NCBI GenBank assembly: GCA_965279375.1
Contig: OZ257156.1
Location: forward strand, 1,792,001 to 1,856,000
Source: Gemmatimonas sp.
GTDB lineage: Bacteria > Gemmatimonadota > Gemmatimonadetes > Gemmatimonadales > Gemmatimonadaceae
Direction of reading: 5' to 3'
Length of the DNA stretch: 64,000 nt
This document shows positions 1-9,859 of this stretch, piece by piece. Under the pieces are notes generated by a model. The model was not told the DNA's origin. It made no database searches and saw only the letters and a list, made by a program, of their open reading frames with translations. The position numbers were made by a program, and so were the translations under genes. Every line of letters starts with the position of its first letter. The first letter of the stretch is position 1.

Positions 1-888
1 GAACTCCATCACGTTCTGCCGGCGGTTGGTGCGATTGAACGTGAGTGCCGATCCATCCGGCGACCACTTCACGTTGTACACGTAGTGACCGACGACGTCG
101 TTGTCGAACGTCTTGCCGTTGCGCACGTCCACCTTGGTGACCGCCTTCGTCGCCACGTCGTACACGAACAGATCGACGATCGGGTTGGGCGCGCCGGCCT
201 TGGGATACGCCTCCACGTCGACCGCCGCCTGCACCTTCGTCTGATCCATGCCGAGGTAGTAGTCCTTGACCGGATTCTCGTCGAAGCGGTAGAAGGCGAT
301 CTTGGTGCCCGCGGGATTCCACCACATCGCCGTCGTCTGGCGCAGCTCTTCGCCGTAGACCCACGAAGCCGTGCCGTACTTGATGCGCTTGGCTTCGCTG
401 CCGTCGGAGGTGATGGCGAATTCGTTGCGTCCCGACGTATCGCTCACGAACAGGTTGCGATCGCGATAGAACGCCTTGCGCGTGCTGTCGGGCGAAAGCG
501 CAAACGCGACCTGACGACCACGCTCCACTCCGCCGCGTCCACCGCGACCGCCGGCCGCTGGTGCAGCGCTCGTGGATGGCGAGACCTTGCGCGTGGTGAC
601 GTCAAAGCGCTGGCGTGTGCCATCGAGGACGTACTCGAAGCTCTTTCCGTCTGGCGCCCAGGTGACGTTGAGCGCGCCCAGCTTCATGGAGCTGGCGATC
701 TGCGGCGCAATCTTCTGGAACTGCTCATAGCCGGGCATCGACTTGAGCCGGTCCTGCGCCTCCAGCAGCGCGGGCGCGCCGAGGAGTGCGAGGGACAGCA
801 CGGACGCGCGGTGTGCGAACGACGCGCGAGGGACAAACGGAAGCGGCGACATCGGCGGGGGCGTAGGAGTGGTGTGGAACTGCACCAT
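1..888 (-). CDS. S9B dipeptidyl peptidase IV family protein, N-terminal part (runs off window start)
   Basis: Manual translation from ATG at 888 (GGAGG RBS just upstream): signal-like N-terminus, then WVYGEEL, AMWWNPAG, YPKAGAPNP, KWSPDG typical of the DPP IV beta-propeller. Not in the ORF track because it is truncated. Confidence 0.85.
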   Translation of the reverse strand, partial: MVQFHTTPTPPPMSPLPFVPRASFAHRASVLSLALLGAPALLEAQDRLKSMPGYEQFQKIAPQIASSMKLGALNVTWAPDGKSFEYVLDGTRQRFDVTTRKVSPSTSAAPAAGGRGGRGGVERGRQVAFALSPDSTRKAFYRDRNLFVSDTSGRNEFAITSDGSEAKRIKYGTASWVYGEELRQTTAMWWNPAGTKIAFYRFDENPVKDYYLGMDQTKVQAAVDVEAYPKAGAPNPIVDLFVYDVATKAVTKVDVRNGKTFDNDVVGHYVYNVKWSPDGSALTFNRTNRRQNVMEF

Positions 889-949
889 ACCCTCCAAACA
901 TCACCCCGGCGTCGCCGCTGTCAAACCACGCGCCGCTTGAGCCATCCAA

Positions 950-3700
950 TCACCGGTCGCGACGCAACTCCGGCTTCTTTCGCTCAGCCTTCTCGCGACT
1001 CGCTTCCTTGCGTTCTTCCTTCTCCTCGCGGTCGTCGTCGTCCACATCAACCGCCAGCGGGAAGAAGAGCGAGCGCTTGACCTCGGGGTACTTCACGCGC
1101 CAGCCCTTGGCCTCGCCCCACAGAATGCGATTGAGGCGCTCGGTCGGCGCGGCATCGGGATCGTGGAAGTTCATGCGCGCGCTGGCCAGCGCCGCGGCCT
1201 TCCGTGCCGCAGCATCGGGGCCGTTGATGGCGCCCACCTTCACGTTGGTCTCGTACAACGACTGCGCAGGCATCAGCGCGGTGTAGGGCGTGAAGTCGGG
1301 CTTCTCGTTCGGACCGATGAAGCTCTTGCGCATGTCCGTGGCCACGAGATCGAACATGCTGAGTGCAGGCAAACCGAGCATGAGCTCGATCGTCTTCACC
1401 ATGCTGGGCTGACTGTAGAAGGTGCTGTCGATGACGCCGCGCCGCGCATACGGGCTGGCCACCATCGCCACCGTGCGATGTCCGTCGATGTGGTCGACGC
1501 CGTTCTGCGCGTCGTCTTCCACCACGAGAATGGCCATCGACTTCCAGAACGACGAGTGACTGAGCTTGTCCACCAGTCGCCCTAACGCCAGATCGTTGTC
1601 GGCCACGCACGCCGCGGGCGTGCACCAGCCGGACGACGTCCCCTGCGTGTGATCGTTGGGGAGAATGATCAGTGTGAGATGCGGCATCTGCTTGGCCGTC
1701 TCCCACTCCTTGAGGTGCTCGACGATGATGTCCGCCTTGATGACATCGGGCACTTCCTGGGTCCACCCCGGATACTCACGCACAAGAATCTTGTCGAGAC
1801 TCGGGATCTCGCTGCGCGTGTTGTACATGCCCTTGAGAGTCTTTCGCGCCAGCGCCGAGGTGTACGTGGCCGAGTCGCGGTACATGGCCATGAGCTTGGC
1901 GCGTGCGCTCGGCATCGAGTCGCTCGGCGCCGGCGCGTATTCACCAAAGCTCACCGCACGCTTTCCCTTGAGCGCGGCGGCCTCCCACAAGAATCCACCC
2001 GACGAATATGTGAGCGGGTCATTCCCCTCGCTGGGATAGCTGCGGCCGTAATACAGTGGCCACATCGGATACGCTGTTTCGTTGGCCTGCGTGAGCCAGT
2101 TGTGTCCGTCAGCGGAGTTGCCGCCCGACGCAAAGAAGTGGTCGAGCAGCACGAACTGCTCGCTCAAGGCATGCGTGTTGGGGGTGACGCTGCGCCCGTA
2201 CATCGTGAGGCTCGGGTCGCTCGCTCCTTTGCCAATGTCACCCAACACCTGATCGTAGGTGCGATTCTCCTTGATGATGTAGACCACGTGCTGAATGAGA
2301 CTGGCTTCGCCGGGGCGCTCGGGCACGGCGCGCGCGGCCACCGCAGCGCGCGGTGCGATCGATGGCGCGGCCGGTCCACTCGCGAGATGCAGCCGATTGT
2401 TCTCGGCCACGCTCGTCGTGAAGGCGGCGAGTTCCGACTCGCTCGGCATCGGAAACACATTCACCGAGCCACGCTCGGCGAATACGTAGCGTCCATCCTT
2501 GCCAGCGGTGCGTCCCGTACCGGCGCCCACGCCAAAGAGCGTCCCCACGGCGATCGTCGTCCCATCTGCGCTGACGTCTACACTGCTCGGGTACCAGCCG
2601 GTTGGCACGAGTCCGCGAAGCGTTGCTGTCGCAGGCGACGCTGCGCGCACATCGTAGAGCGCCACGGCGTTGATGCCGCCGAGCGTGACGAGGAGCGTAT
2701 TGCCGTCGGCGGTGAGGGCGAGCGCGGTAGGCGTGAGGCCGATCTTGCGTTCACGAAAGGGCGCGACGGCGATGGTGCCGGCGAGCGTATTGCTCTTGGT
2801 ATCGATGATGCTTACGGCGTCGCTGTTGCCGTTGGCCACATAGAGCAGTTGGCGCGCGCGATTCCACACAACGCCCGTGGGATGCGCGCCAACGGTGATG
2901 CGATGCGTCACCGCGCCCGTGGCCACATCGATGCGTTCAACCGTGCCTGGTAGAGCGATGCCACGTGCGTTGATGCGAACCGGCTCCGCGGCCGGGTCAC
3001 AGCACTGCGAGGCGCGACGCTGCCCTGTCCTCGGCTTGGGTCCACCAAACACCGTCACCCACGCAACTGCGCCATCGTCGGAGAGCGCGGCAGCAATCGG
3101 CAGCACGCCAAGCGGTACGGTACGCAGCGTCTTGCCGTTGTCGGCGTCGAGTACGACAAGCTTGTCGTCGGCCGGAAGCGGCAGCACCGCGACTCGATGT
3201 CCATCGGCACCGGCGCGTGCGGCCACCGCAGGAGCGCCGGCCATGAAGTCACCCAACGTGCCGGACTCGCTCACGATGCTCGCGGAAGAATCCGCGCTGT
3301 ACGAGATCAGCTGCGCGACGGACTTCGCGCGGGCGAGCGGTGGTCCGCCGGGTGTGCGGCTTTTCGCGACATCGGCGGGGAGCTTGCTGACCGAGGCCAC
3401 CACTGGACGCTTGGTGACCGGATCGATGACCAGGCCATGCACGCCCGGTCGCCCCACGAACTCGGCGCGCGCCAGCACGCGGTTGTCGCGCCACGCCATG
3501 CGCCACGCGCTGCCCGGAACGACCGCCCAAAGGTCGCCCGACTGCGCCCCGAAGCGAACACCAGCTACGCGACCGTTGAACACGCTCTGCACGCCGGCCG
3601 GAGTCACGCGCTGTCCGACGGCAAAAACGCCGGGGTCGTTGACGACGCGTTGCGGTGCGGGTGCAGCGGCCTGAAGCAGGGCGAGAGCGATCGAGAGCAC
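950..3700 (-). CDS. Secreted YVTN/YncE beta-propeller plus phosphoesterase (alkaline phosphatase superfamily) protein
   Basis: 916 aa; signal peptide; propeller repeats (LYVANGNSDAVSIID); IIKENRTYDQVLGD, SADGH and EDDAQNGVDHIDGHR motifs. Confidence 0.85.
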   Translation of the reverse strand: MLSIALALLQAAAPAPQRVVNDPGVFAVGQRVTPAGVQSVFNGRVAGVRFGAQSGDLWAVVPGSAWRMAWRDNRVLARAEFVGRPGVHGLVIDPVTKRPVVASVSKLPADVAKSRTPGGPPLARAKSVAQLISYSADSSASIVSESGTLGDFMAGAPAVAARAGADGHRVAVLPLPADDKLVVLDADNGKTLRTVPLGVLPIAAALSDDGAVAWVTVFGGPKPRTGQRRASQCCDPAAEPVRINARGIALPGTVERIDVATGAVTHRITVGAHPTGVVWNRARQLLYVANGNSDAVSIIDTKSNTLAGTIAVAPFRERKIGLTPTALALTADGNTLLVTLGGINAVALYDVRAASPATATLRGLVPTGWYPSSVDVSADGTTIAVGTLFGVGAGTGRTAGKDGRYVFAERGSVNVFPMPSESELAAFTTSVAENNRLHLASGPAAPSIAPRAAVAARAVPERPGEASLIQHVVYIIKENRTYDQVLGDIGKGASDPSLTMYGRSVTPNTHALSEQFVLLDHFFASGGNSADGHNWLTQANETAYPMWPLYYGRSYPSEGNDPLTYSSGGFLWEAAALKGKRAVSFGEYAPAPSDSMPSARAKLMAMYRDSATYTSALARKTLKGMYNTRSEIPSLDKILVREYPGWTQEVPDVIKADIIVEHLKEWETAKQMPHLTLIILPNDHTQGTSSGWCTPAACVADNDLALGRLVDKLSHSSFWKSMAILVVEDDAQNGVDHIDGHRTVAMVASPYARRGVIDSTFYSQPSMVKTIELMLGLPALSMFDLVATDMRKSFIGPNEKPDFTPYTALMPAQSLYETNVKVGAINGPDAAARKAAALASARMNFHDPDAAPTERLNRILWGEAKGWRVKYPEVKRSLFFPLAVDVDDDDREEKEERKEASREKAERKKPELRRDR

Positions 3701-3822
3701 GGGCAGTCCGGTGAGAGTGTAACGAGCACCTTACGCCCGGATCGGTCGCTCCCGCAAGCAACGGTCTTGTGACGACGTCCTTTGCACGGTCTCGCGCCAG
3801 TGCGCGACGCCACTGTGCTACG

Positions 3823-4902
3823 CTATTGCGCCACGCCACTCACCCACGCGCGTCGAATGAGATTGCCACAGATCGCGGATTCTTCGCCTGCGTTGAGTCC
3901 ACTCACTCGCGCGATGATGCCGTAGAGTGTCTTGTCCTTGTTGATCCAGGGATAGAAGCCGAAGGCGCCCGCGCTGCTGAACGAACCGTCGCCGCTGACG
4001 GGATCGCTCTCCACCCAATGCCCGATGGAGTAGCCCCAGCTGACGTTGCCGCCAATTGGGGAGTTGATCGCGGTTGGGCAGGTCGCCGAGTTGGTGCAGG
4101 TCGCGTTGGTGCCCAACAGCGCCGCAATCTTGAGCTGGTTGTTGAGGATCTTGCGCAGGAACGTCGCGTAGTCTGCAGCGGTGCTGCGCGCTCCGCCTGC
4201 CAACTGTGGCTGCGTATACGTCAGGTTGATCTCGGTTCCGAGCACGCGTCGCATCTCGGCGGCAAGCGCCTGATTGGCCATGGCGCCCAGATTCATGCCT
4301 GGCGCGGCAAGGCTCGCGTGCTTCTGCATGTGCCCGCCGTCGTAGGCAAAGCGCCCGACGTTGGCCGCGGTGAACTGACCATTCGTCGAACGCGCGACGC
4401 ACTCCGCCACGGTGTCGAAGTTGTCGCAGCCGGCGATGGTGAAATTGGTATAGCCGCTGCGAAAGGTCAGAAACTGAATGTCTTCCGCCGTGAGCTCACC
4501 GGCGCGACGCTCGGCGACGTAGGCACCATAGAGCCACTTCGATGCGGACGCGATCGACATTGTCGTTTGTGCGGTGTACGAGGTGGCGCTTCCAGGCTTG
4601 AGCACGGATCCACTGCCAAGTAGTCCCGTCTTGTCGCCGATTTCCCAATAGAACGGCTGAATGTCGGCACAGGGGCCCGTCGCCTTCTCCGCGGTCGTCT
4701 TCGCCGCCGCGATGCGTGTGGCGTTCGTGGTCGATGGGGTCGGCTCAGGAATCGGCGATGGTGTGGTTGGAGTTTCACCGCGGCAGGCGATGACGCTTGA
4801 TGTGAGCGCGATCTGCAGCACGCGCTGCACGCCGCGTGAGCCCCAGCGCGCGCACCAGCGCGCAGTCGACGATGCGGGCGATTCGATTGGTGTTGCTGAC
4901 AT
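3823..4902 (-). CDS. Putative lipoprotein with serine beta-lactamase/hydrolase-like fold
   Basis: Lipobox-like VIAC, Pro/Thr linker, SIASASKW (SxxK) and C-terminal SSAGAFGFYPWI; several Cys. Start uncertain. Confidence 0.55.
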   Translation of the reverse strand: MSATPIESPASSTARWCARWGSRGVQRVLQIALTSSVIACRGETPTTPSPIPEPTPSTTNATRIAAAKTTAEKATGPCADIQPFYWEIGDKTGLLGSGSVLKPGSATSYTAQTTMSIASASKWLYGAYVAERRAGELTAEDIQFLTFRSGYTNFTIAGCDNFDTVAECVARSTNGQFTAANVGRFAYDGGHMQKHASLAAPGMNLGAMANQALAAEMRRVLGTEINLTYTQPQLAGGARSTAADYATFLRKILNNQLKIAALLGTNATCTNSATCPTAINSPIGGNVSWGYSIGHWVESDPVSGDGSFSSAGAFGFYPWINKDKTLYGIIARVSGLNAGEESAICGNLIRRAWVSGVAQ

Positions 4903-4984
4903 TGGTCGGCGTCCTCATGGAGTGAGGCGCGATCGCATCTCGATCACGCCAGTCACCCCATCTGACGGACATCACGCCGACGCG

Positions 4985-5758
4985 TTAACGCCACGGTGTG
5001 GTCGCCGGTACGAACTGTGTTGTTCGTTGCCGAGCCGGTGATACGGTGCGCCCCCGGATGAGGGCGACACCGAACACGATAAGGAAGAGCGGCAGCAGCA
5101 GGTTCGTGACGTCGGCTGCGGGCTGCACCAAGGAGGTCACGTTGCGAAACATGCCGATCCAGCCGGCGAGCACCGTGATTGCGGCGAACGCCGCGAGCGA
5201 TCGAACCTCGAGTCGATAGAGCGCGACGCTGTACGCGGCGAACGAACCATACAGCGCAAGCTCACCAACGAACTCGCCGATGCCGTTGCCGAGATAGGCG
5301 TTGAGCGCGTCGAAGGTGATGGAGATGGCGGCACGCTGCGCCTCGTTCGCCTCGGGCCACGCGCCGGCCAGCGCCCACTGCGCCGTGCTCCAGCGAGCGA
5401 GTCCCAGCGTCATGCACAGAGCGGCGACCCCCTGTAGCAGCAGCCCCAACCGAACGACGGCTTCGTTGCGCAGATCGTCGGTGCGCAGGGCATCCGCCGC
5501 GCCGGCCGCTGCGGGAAGCAGCGTAAGTGGAAGAATGGCGTAGATGGCCCACACCGCGCGACCGTCGTTGCCCAACGCACGGAGCGCCGGCAGAACATCC
5601 GAGGCCGATCCGTCGAGCACCTCGGGATAACCGAAGTGGGCTGCCAACCACGAGAAGACGAGCATGAAGCCAACGCTTGCGCCGATGTACATGCCGCCGG
5701 CGAGTCGCGCGGCAGGAGCGGTCACGCTGGTCGACGGAATACGCATGAAGTTCGACAT
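4985..5758 (-). CDS. DUF4386-like multi-pass membrane protein
   Basis: About 6 hydrophobic segments; FGYPEVL and GNGIGEFVG motifs. Confidence 0.65.
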   Translation of the reverse strand: MSNFMRIPSTSVTAPAARLAGGMYIGASVGFMLVFSWLAAHFGYPEVLDGSASDVLPALRALGNDGRAVWAIYAILPLTLLPAAAGAADALRTDDLRNEAVVRLGLLLQGVAALCMTLGLARWSTAQWALAGAWPEANEAQRAAISITFDALNAYLGNGIGEFVGELALYGSFAAYSVALYRLEVRSLAAFAAITVLAGWIGMFRNVTSLVQPAADVTNLLLPLFLIVFGVALIRGRTVSPARQRTTQFVPATTPWR

Positions 5759-6234
5759 TAGAACTGCACTCCCAAGCCGACGGTTGGGTTGAGGCGCGTC
5801 TGCTTCGTGTGCGGCGCGTAGAGCACGGCGGCGCCGAGCTGGCCGCTGTACCGCGATCCGAAACGCTGACGAACGCCCACATCCGCCAGCACGCTGTTCG
5901 ACCAGCCCTTCGTCAGGCTCGGTGCGAACGACAGCGAGGTGTACGGCGAGGTGCGATCGTTCGGCTTGGCGTACGCCGCGATGCCGACGCGCAGAAAGTT
6001 GGTGTTGCGCTGTTCCCCATCACGCTTGATCACCGTGGGGTAGTAGCCGGCGAACGCGGCCAGGTGACCCTTGGAGATCTGGACGCCCGTGCCCGGCGAT
6101 CGGAAGATCGTGAGCGTGACACGCCAGTCGTTGCGGGCTACTGTAGGCGAGACGGACGGCGACCCGGTGACGGACTGGGCCTGTGTGAGTGCCGGGACGA
6201 GGGAAACCAGGGCAAGGGCGAGCATGCGACGCAT
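5758..6234 (-). CDS. Small secreted protein, probable outer-membrane beta-barrel
   Basis: Sec signal (..AQA), alternating amphipathic strands, C-terminal VGLGVQF; stop overlaps the start of the next gene. Confidence 0.55.
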   Translation of the reverse strand: MRRMLALALVSLVPALTQAQSVTGSPSVSPTVARNDWRVTLTIFRSPGTGVQISKGHLAAFAGYYPTVIKRDGEQRNTNFLRVGIAAYAKPNDRTSPYTSLSFAPSLTKGWSNSVLADVGVRQRFGSRYSGQLGAAVLYAPHTKQTRLNPTVGLGVQF

Positions 6235-6325
6235 GGCGATGTGGAGTTGGTGTGGGCGTGCCTGTGAAGCTCAGGGGTCGCTCCGGGCGACAGACGGATG
6301 ATGCCCGGGCCAAGCGCGCCACACG

Positions 6326-7417
6326 GTGACCGCACGCGCCAAGTGTGTGGCCGATCGCGACAAGCGTTCTTCAGCCGCGCCACGGGCGAGACGCGTGCGT
6401 AAAGTCACCGTCGCCGCGTCGCTGCTGGCCGACTTTCTCGGCTATCTGCGCTTGCAGGGAGTGGACGCGCGCGCGGTCGCTGCGCGTGCCGGTCTCTCCG
6501 AGCAGACCGATCCGTCTGGTCGCGTTGACAGCGCGCTGATGTACGCGCTCTGGACCGAAGCGATTGTCGCGACGGGCGACCAAGACATCGGCCTGCACAG
6601 CGGCATGAGCTTTCAGCCGGGCGCACTCGACATCGTGGGCTACGTGATGCTCAGCTCGCACACCGCAGCGGAAGCAGTACGCCGGGGCGCACGATTGATG
6701 CAGCTGCTCAACGATGGGCTGGCGCTCGATGTGGAGCGGAGTGCGACAACGACGACGCTGCGCATTCGCATGCTCCACGCTGACGGTGGAGCACTCTTCG
6801 TCGACGCACGGCAGGTGGTGGAAACGCTGTTGAGCGGTGCGCTCTACCAGATTCGTTTGCTGACCGAACGCGCCGTGGTGCCGCACGACGTGCGCTTTCG
6901 ACATCCACGTCCAGCAACCGGCGACAGCGAACACGTGCGGCTCTTCGGCTTTGCTCCGCGATTCGCTGCGGACAATGATGCACTCGTGCTGGCCAACGCC
7001 GATCTCGACGTGCCGTTGCGTTCAGCGAATCCGCAGCTGCTGGCGGCGTTCGAGTCGCACGCGGAGGCGGCACTCTCAGCGCTCGATCGACACGACGCCC
7101 TCTCCGAACGCGTGCTGCGCGAGATTGTCGCGCAATTGAAGGGGGAAGTCCCAACGATCGGTCATGTCGCCAAGGCGCTCGCGATGAGCCCGCGTCACTT
7201 GCAGCGCGGTCTCGCGCATGAAGGCACCACCTTCCAGACACTGCTCGACGACGCACGCCGTGAACTCGCCGTGCGGCATCTCTCCGCACCTGACGCAACT
7301 GTCGCAAAGGTGGCGTGGCTCGTTGGCTTTTCGGAGCCGAGCGCGTTCCATCGCGCCTTTCGCCGCTGGACAGGGCGTTCGCCGCGCGCAGATTCCTCGC
7401 GCATAGTCGCCGTCTAG
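6326..7417 (+). CDS. AraC family transcriptional regulator (OruR/arabinose-binding-2 type N-domain)
   Basis: C-terminal double HTH: VAKALAMSPRHLQRGL ... VAWLVGFSEPSAFHRAFRRWTGRSP. Start uncertain. Confidence 0.9.
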   Translation: MTARAKCVADRDKRSSAAPRARRVRKVTVAASLLADFLGYLRLQGVDARAVAARAGLSEQTDPSGRVDSALMYALWTEAIVATGDQDIGLHSGMSFQPGALDIVGYVMLSSHTAAEAVRRGARLMQLLNDGLALDVERSATTTTLRIRMLHADGGALFVDARQVVETLLSGALYQIRLLTERAVVPHDVRFRHPRPATGDSEHVRLFGFAPRFAADNDALVLANADLDVPLRSANPQLLAAFESHAEAALSALDRHDALSERVLREIVAQLKGEVPTIGHVAKALAMSPRHLQRGLAHEGTTFQTLLDDARRELAVRHLSAPDATVAKVAWLVGFSEPSAFHRAFRRWTGRSPRADSSRIVAV

Positions 7418-7455
7418 CAACCGCTCACGGAACGCCACTTCACTTTCGAGACATC

Positions 7456-7962
7456 ATGCAGAACTACGATGCCACCGACATGGCCAACAGCTGGCGCACG
7501 GTGCGCAAGAACACGATTCAGATCGCGGAAGACATTCCCGCGGATCAGTACGGCTACAAGGTCACCCCAGATACGATGAGCGTGGGCCAGATTCTCGCCC
7601 ATCTCGCGACGTACCCGCATTGGGCCGAGCAGGCGCACTTCGTGGAGAAGAAGCACACCATCGAGGGCGCGGATTTTGGCCGCTATCTCGGCGCCGCCGC
7701 GGGCATGGCTGCCACGCTCACCACGAAGGCGAGCATCGTGGACGCACTCATTGCGCACGGCGAGTCGTTCGCCATGCAGCTCGAGACGCTGACGGATGAG
7801 CAGCTCGACGAGCGCGTCACGCTCCCCAACGCCACCAAGACGCGCTTCGAGATGCTGCTCGGCGTCAAGGAACACGAGATGCATCACCGGGCGCAGTTGA
7901 TGGTCGTCGAGCGGTTGCTCGGCATCGTTCCTCACCTCGCGCGCGCGCGGATGCAGCGGTAG
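7456..7962 (+). CDS. DinB/YfiT family protein
   Basis: SVGQILAHL and HEMHHRAQL His motifs; start placed at ATG 7456 to avoid overlap with the AraC gene. Confidence 0.85.
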   Translation: MQNYDATDMANSWRTVRKNTIQIAEDIPADQYGYKVTPDTMSVGQILAHLATYPHWAEQAHFVEKKHTIEGADFGRYLGAAAGMAATLTTKASIVDALIAHGESFAMQLETLTDEQLDERVTLPNATKTRFEMLLGVKEHEMHHRAQLMVVERLLGIVPHLARARMQR

Positions 7963-7968
7963 ACGCCG

Positions 7969-8727
7969 ATGGATCTCCCACAGGCCCCGTCGGGCAGCGG
8001 AAAGCATCCCGTTACCCTCGTCGTCATCTCCGCGAACGACCTTGCGGCGTCGAGTCGCTTTTACTCGAGCGTCTTCGGCTGGCAGGTGATGCCGATGTCG
8101 GCAGAAATGTCTGCTGCGGTGGCTCCGGGAGGTCCCGCGATCGCGCTACGCGGTGGAGTGCCCGCCGGCTTTCAAGGCGTCGTCCCGTTCCTTTCAGTGT
8201 CCGATGTGAAGGGGACGCTGCAACGCGTCGTTAGCGCGGGCGCGACGATCGAGCGTGCCCCGTGGACCATCCCGATGATGGGCACATTGGCACGCTTCGC
8301 GGATGTCAGCGGCACGATCTACGGACTCACCAGCGCGATGGCGCCTGTCGCGCCGGCGCGCGTTCCAATGCCATTCGGGGATAATCCCAAGCCGCCGGCG
8401 AACACGCTCTGCAGCCTCGAGATGTACGCCAAGGATGAGGCGAGTCCGCTGTTTTTCGCGCAGCAATTCGGGTTCGGGACCATGCCAACCACGCCCGCGT
8501 TCGTCGCGTTCGATGTGGGTGCAGGAATCGGCGGCGTGTTCCAGTCGCACACGCCGGCTCTGCCAGCGGTTGCGTACATCTACGCGACCGAGGTTGCCGC
8601 AACGCTTTCCCAGATCGACGCCGCCGGCGGCAAGCGGCAGGGCGATGCAATGCACATGCCGGGGATGGGTACGTTCGGTTATTTCAGCGATCCATCGGGC
8701 ACGACGATGGGGCTGATCGGGCCCTGA
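7969..8727 (+). CDS. Two-domain VOC/glyoxalase family protein
   Basis: FYSSVFGW ... FADVSGTIYGL and FFAQQFGF ... FSDPSGTTMGL. Confidence 0.85.
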   Translation: MDLPQAPSGSGKHPVTLVVISANDLAASSRFYSSVFGWQVMPMSAEMSAAVAPGGPAIALRGGVPAGFQGVVPFLSVSDVKGTLQRVVSAGATIERAPWTIPMMGTLARFADVSGTIYGLTSAMAPVAPARVPMPFGDNPKPPANTLCSLEMYAKDEASPLFFAQQFGFGTMPTTPAFVAFDVGAGIGGVFQSHTPALPAVAYIYATEVAATLSQIDAAGGKRQGDAMHMPGMGTFGYFSDPSGTTMGLIGP

Positions 8728-8949
8728 CGCCCGTCATCAGGCGACGGACTATCGAGACGTGACATCCGATGCTCCCGCCGTCGGTCAATCCGTTGCGCCG
8801 ACGCATCGTGATGTTGTGACAGCTCCGCAGAAGAGCGACCGAACGAAATGGCCGAGCTTGTAACGAAGCATGACGGAGCAACGCAGCGAAGTCGAGAAAT
8901 CGTTGGTGCGACACGAGTTGACGATATGGTCATGCAGTTGTTCGAGTAC

Positions 8950-8964
8950 TGGCACGATTGATGA
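8950..8964 (+). promoter_or_regulatory. Candidate sigma54 promoter for the PEP-CTERM gene
   Basis: TGGCACG-ATTG-ATGA: perfect -24 element, imperfect -12, about 50 nt before ATG 9014. Confidence 0.4.
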
Positions 8965-9013
8965 ACGGTGCTGCACGGCCCCTGCGCTCCCACCCACATT
9001 TTCCAACTCTTCC

Positions 9014-9742
9014 ATGCTTTCGGCTACTCGTCGTACTGCGTTCAGCAGGCGCCTTTCCGCGTTCGCGCTCGTCGCTGCGGTCTCGACGAGTGCCTCTGCG
9101 CAGACCAATTCCTTTTCGACCGGGACGCAATTAGACGTCGCGTCACTCCTGTCCGCCCCGGCCACCGGCAGCACAATGGGCGGCATGCTGGTCACCTGGA
9201 CGTTCGTGGGCGTCGGGTCGGTATCGGCTACCTGGGCCGATCTCGGTGGGGGCAACTGGGGCGTCTCGTCGGGAGGGTTCAGCGTGGCGGTGGCAGCGGG
9301 CGGCAACACGTTCAGCTCTGTATGGAGACTGACCAATGCCACGAACAACCGCGTGTCATCGGTGCGCTTCAATGGTGCGCCCGGGCTCACGCTGTTCGAC
9401 TGCGCGCTTGGCGTCGGCTCCGCCGGCTGCACGGAGGACACACCTGGCTCCAACGCGGGTCGGTCGCTGTTCACGACGGGTGGTACGTATCCCGGAGCGA
9501 TTTCCGGTGTGTATGCCAACCGCGTCAGCGTCGGAGGCAATGCCGCAGTTGGCGACCTGTTTGAAGAGCTGACGGTCAACTTCGACAACGTCCTGGGGGC
9601 GCAGTCCCTGTACCAGTTCATTGCGGACACCGACAACTACGTGGCCAACACGACGGTGACACCGGAACCTGCAACGTGGGCGTTGCTGTTGTCCGGTCTC
9701 GCCGCAGTTGGCGTCGCGGCGCGACGTCGCAAGAAGGTCTGA
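9014..9742 (+). CDS. PEP-CTERM sorting-domain surface protein
   Basis: Signal peptide (..SASA-Q), Gly/Ser/Thr-rich body, C-terminal TPEPATWALLLSGLAAVGVAARRRKKV. Confidence 0.9.
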   Translation: MLSATRRTAFSRRLSAFALVAAVSTSASAQTNSFSTGTQLDVASLLSAPATGSTMGGMLVTWTFVGVGSVSATWADLGGGNWGVSSGGFSVAVAAGGNTFSSVWRLTNATNNRVSSVRFNGAPGLTLFDCALGVGSAGCTEDTPGSNAGRSLFTTGGTYPGAISGVYANRVSVGGNAAVGDLFEELTVNFDNVLGAQSLYQFIADTDNYVANTTVTPEPATWALLLSGLAAVGVAARRRKKV

Positions 9743-9799
9743 CTCCTCCCGCGATTCGGCGCGAATGTAGGCGCAATCGCACACGCCACCGCGGGCATG

Positions 9800-9836
9800 A
9801 AAAACGGGCCGGCGCTCTAAGAGCACCGGCCCGTTT
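9800..9836 (-). terminator. Rho-independent terminator after the GSIII gene (probably bidirectional)
   Basis: On the minus strand AAACGGGCCGGTGCTC-TTA-GAGCGCCGGCCCGTTTTT, between convergent genes. Confidence 0.8.
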
Positions 9837-9859
9837 GCTACTCGAGTACTACCACCGCA

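Noticed and set aside
85..1080. 331-aa + strand ORF and other long antisense ORFs (e.g. 10010-12124, 12672-14333, 34593-36158, 49097-50713)
   Set aside because: Shadow frames of well-supported opposite-strand genes, expected in high-GC DNA; Arg/His-rich with no motifs.
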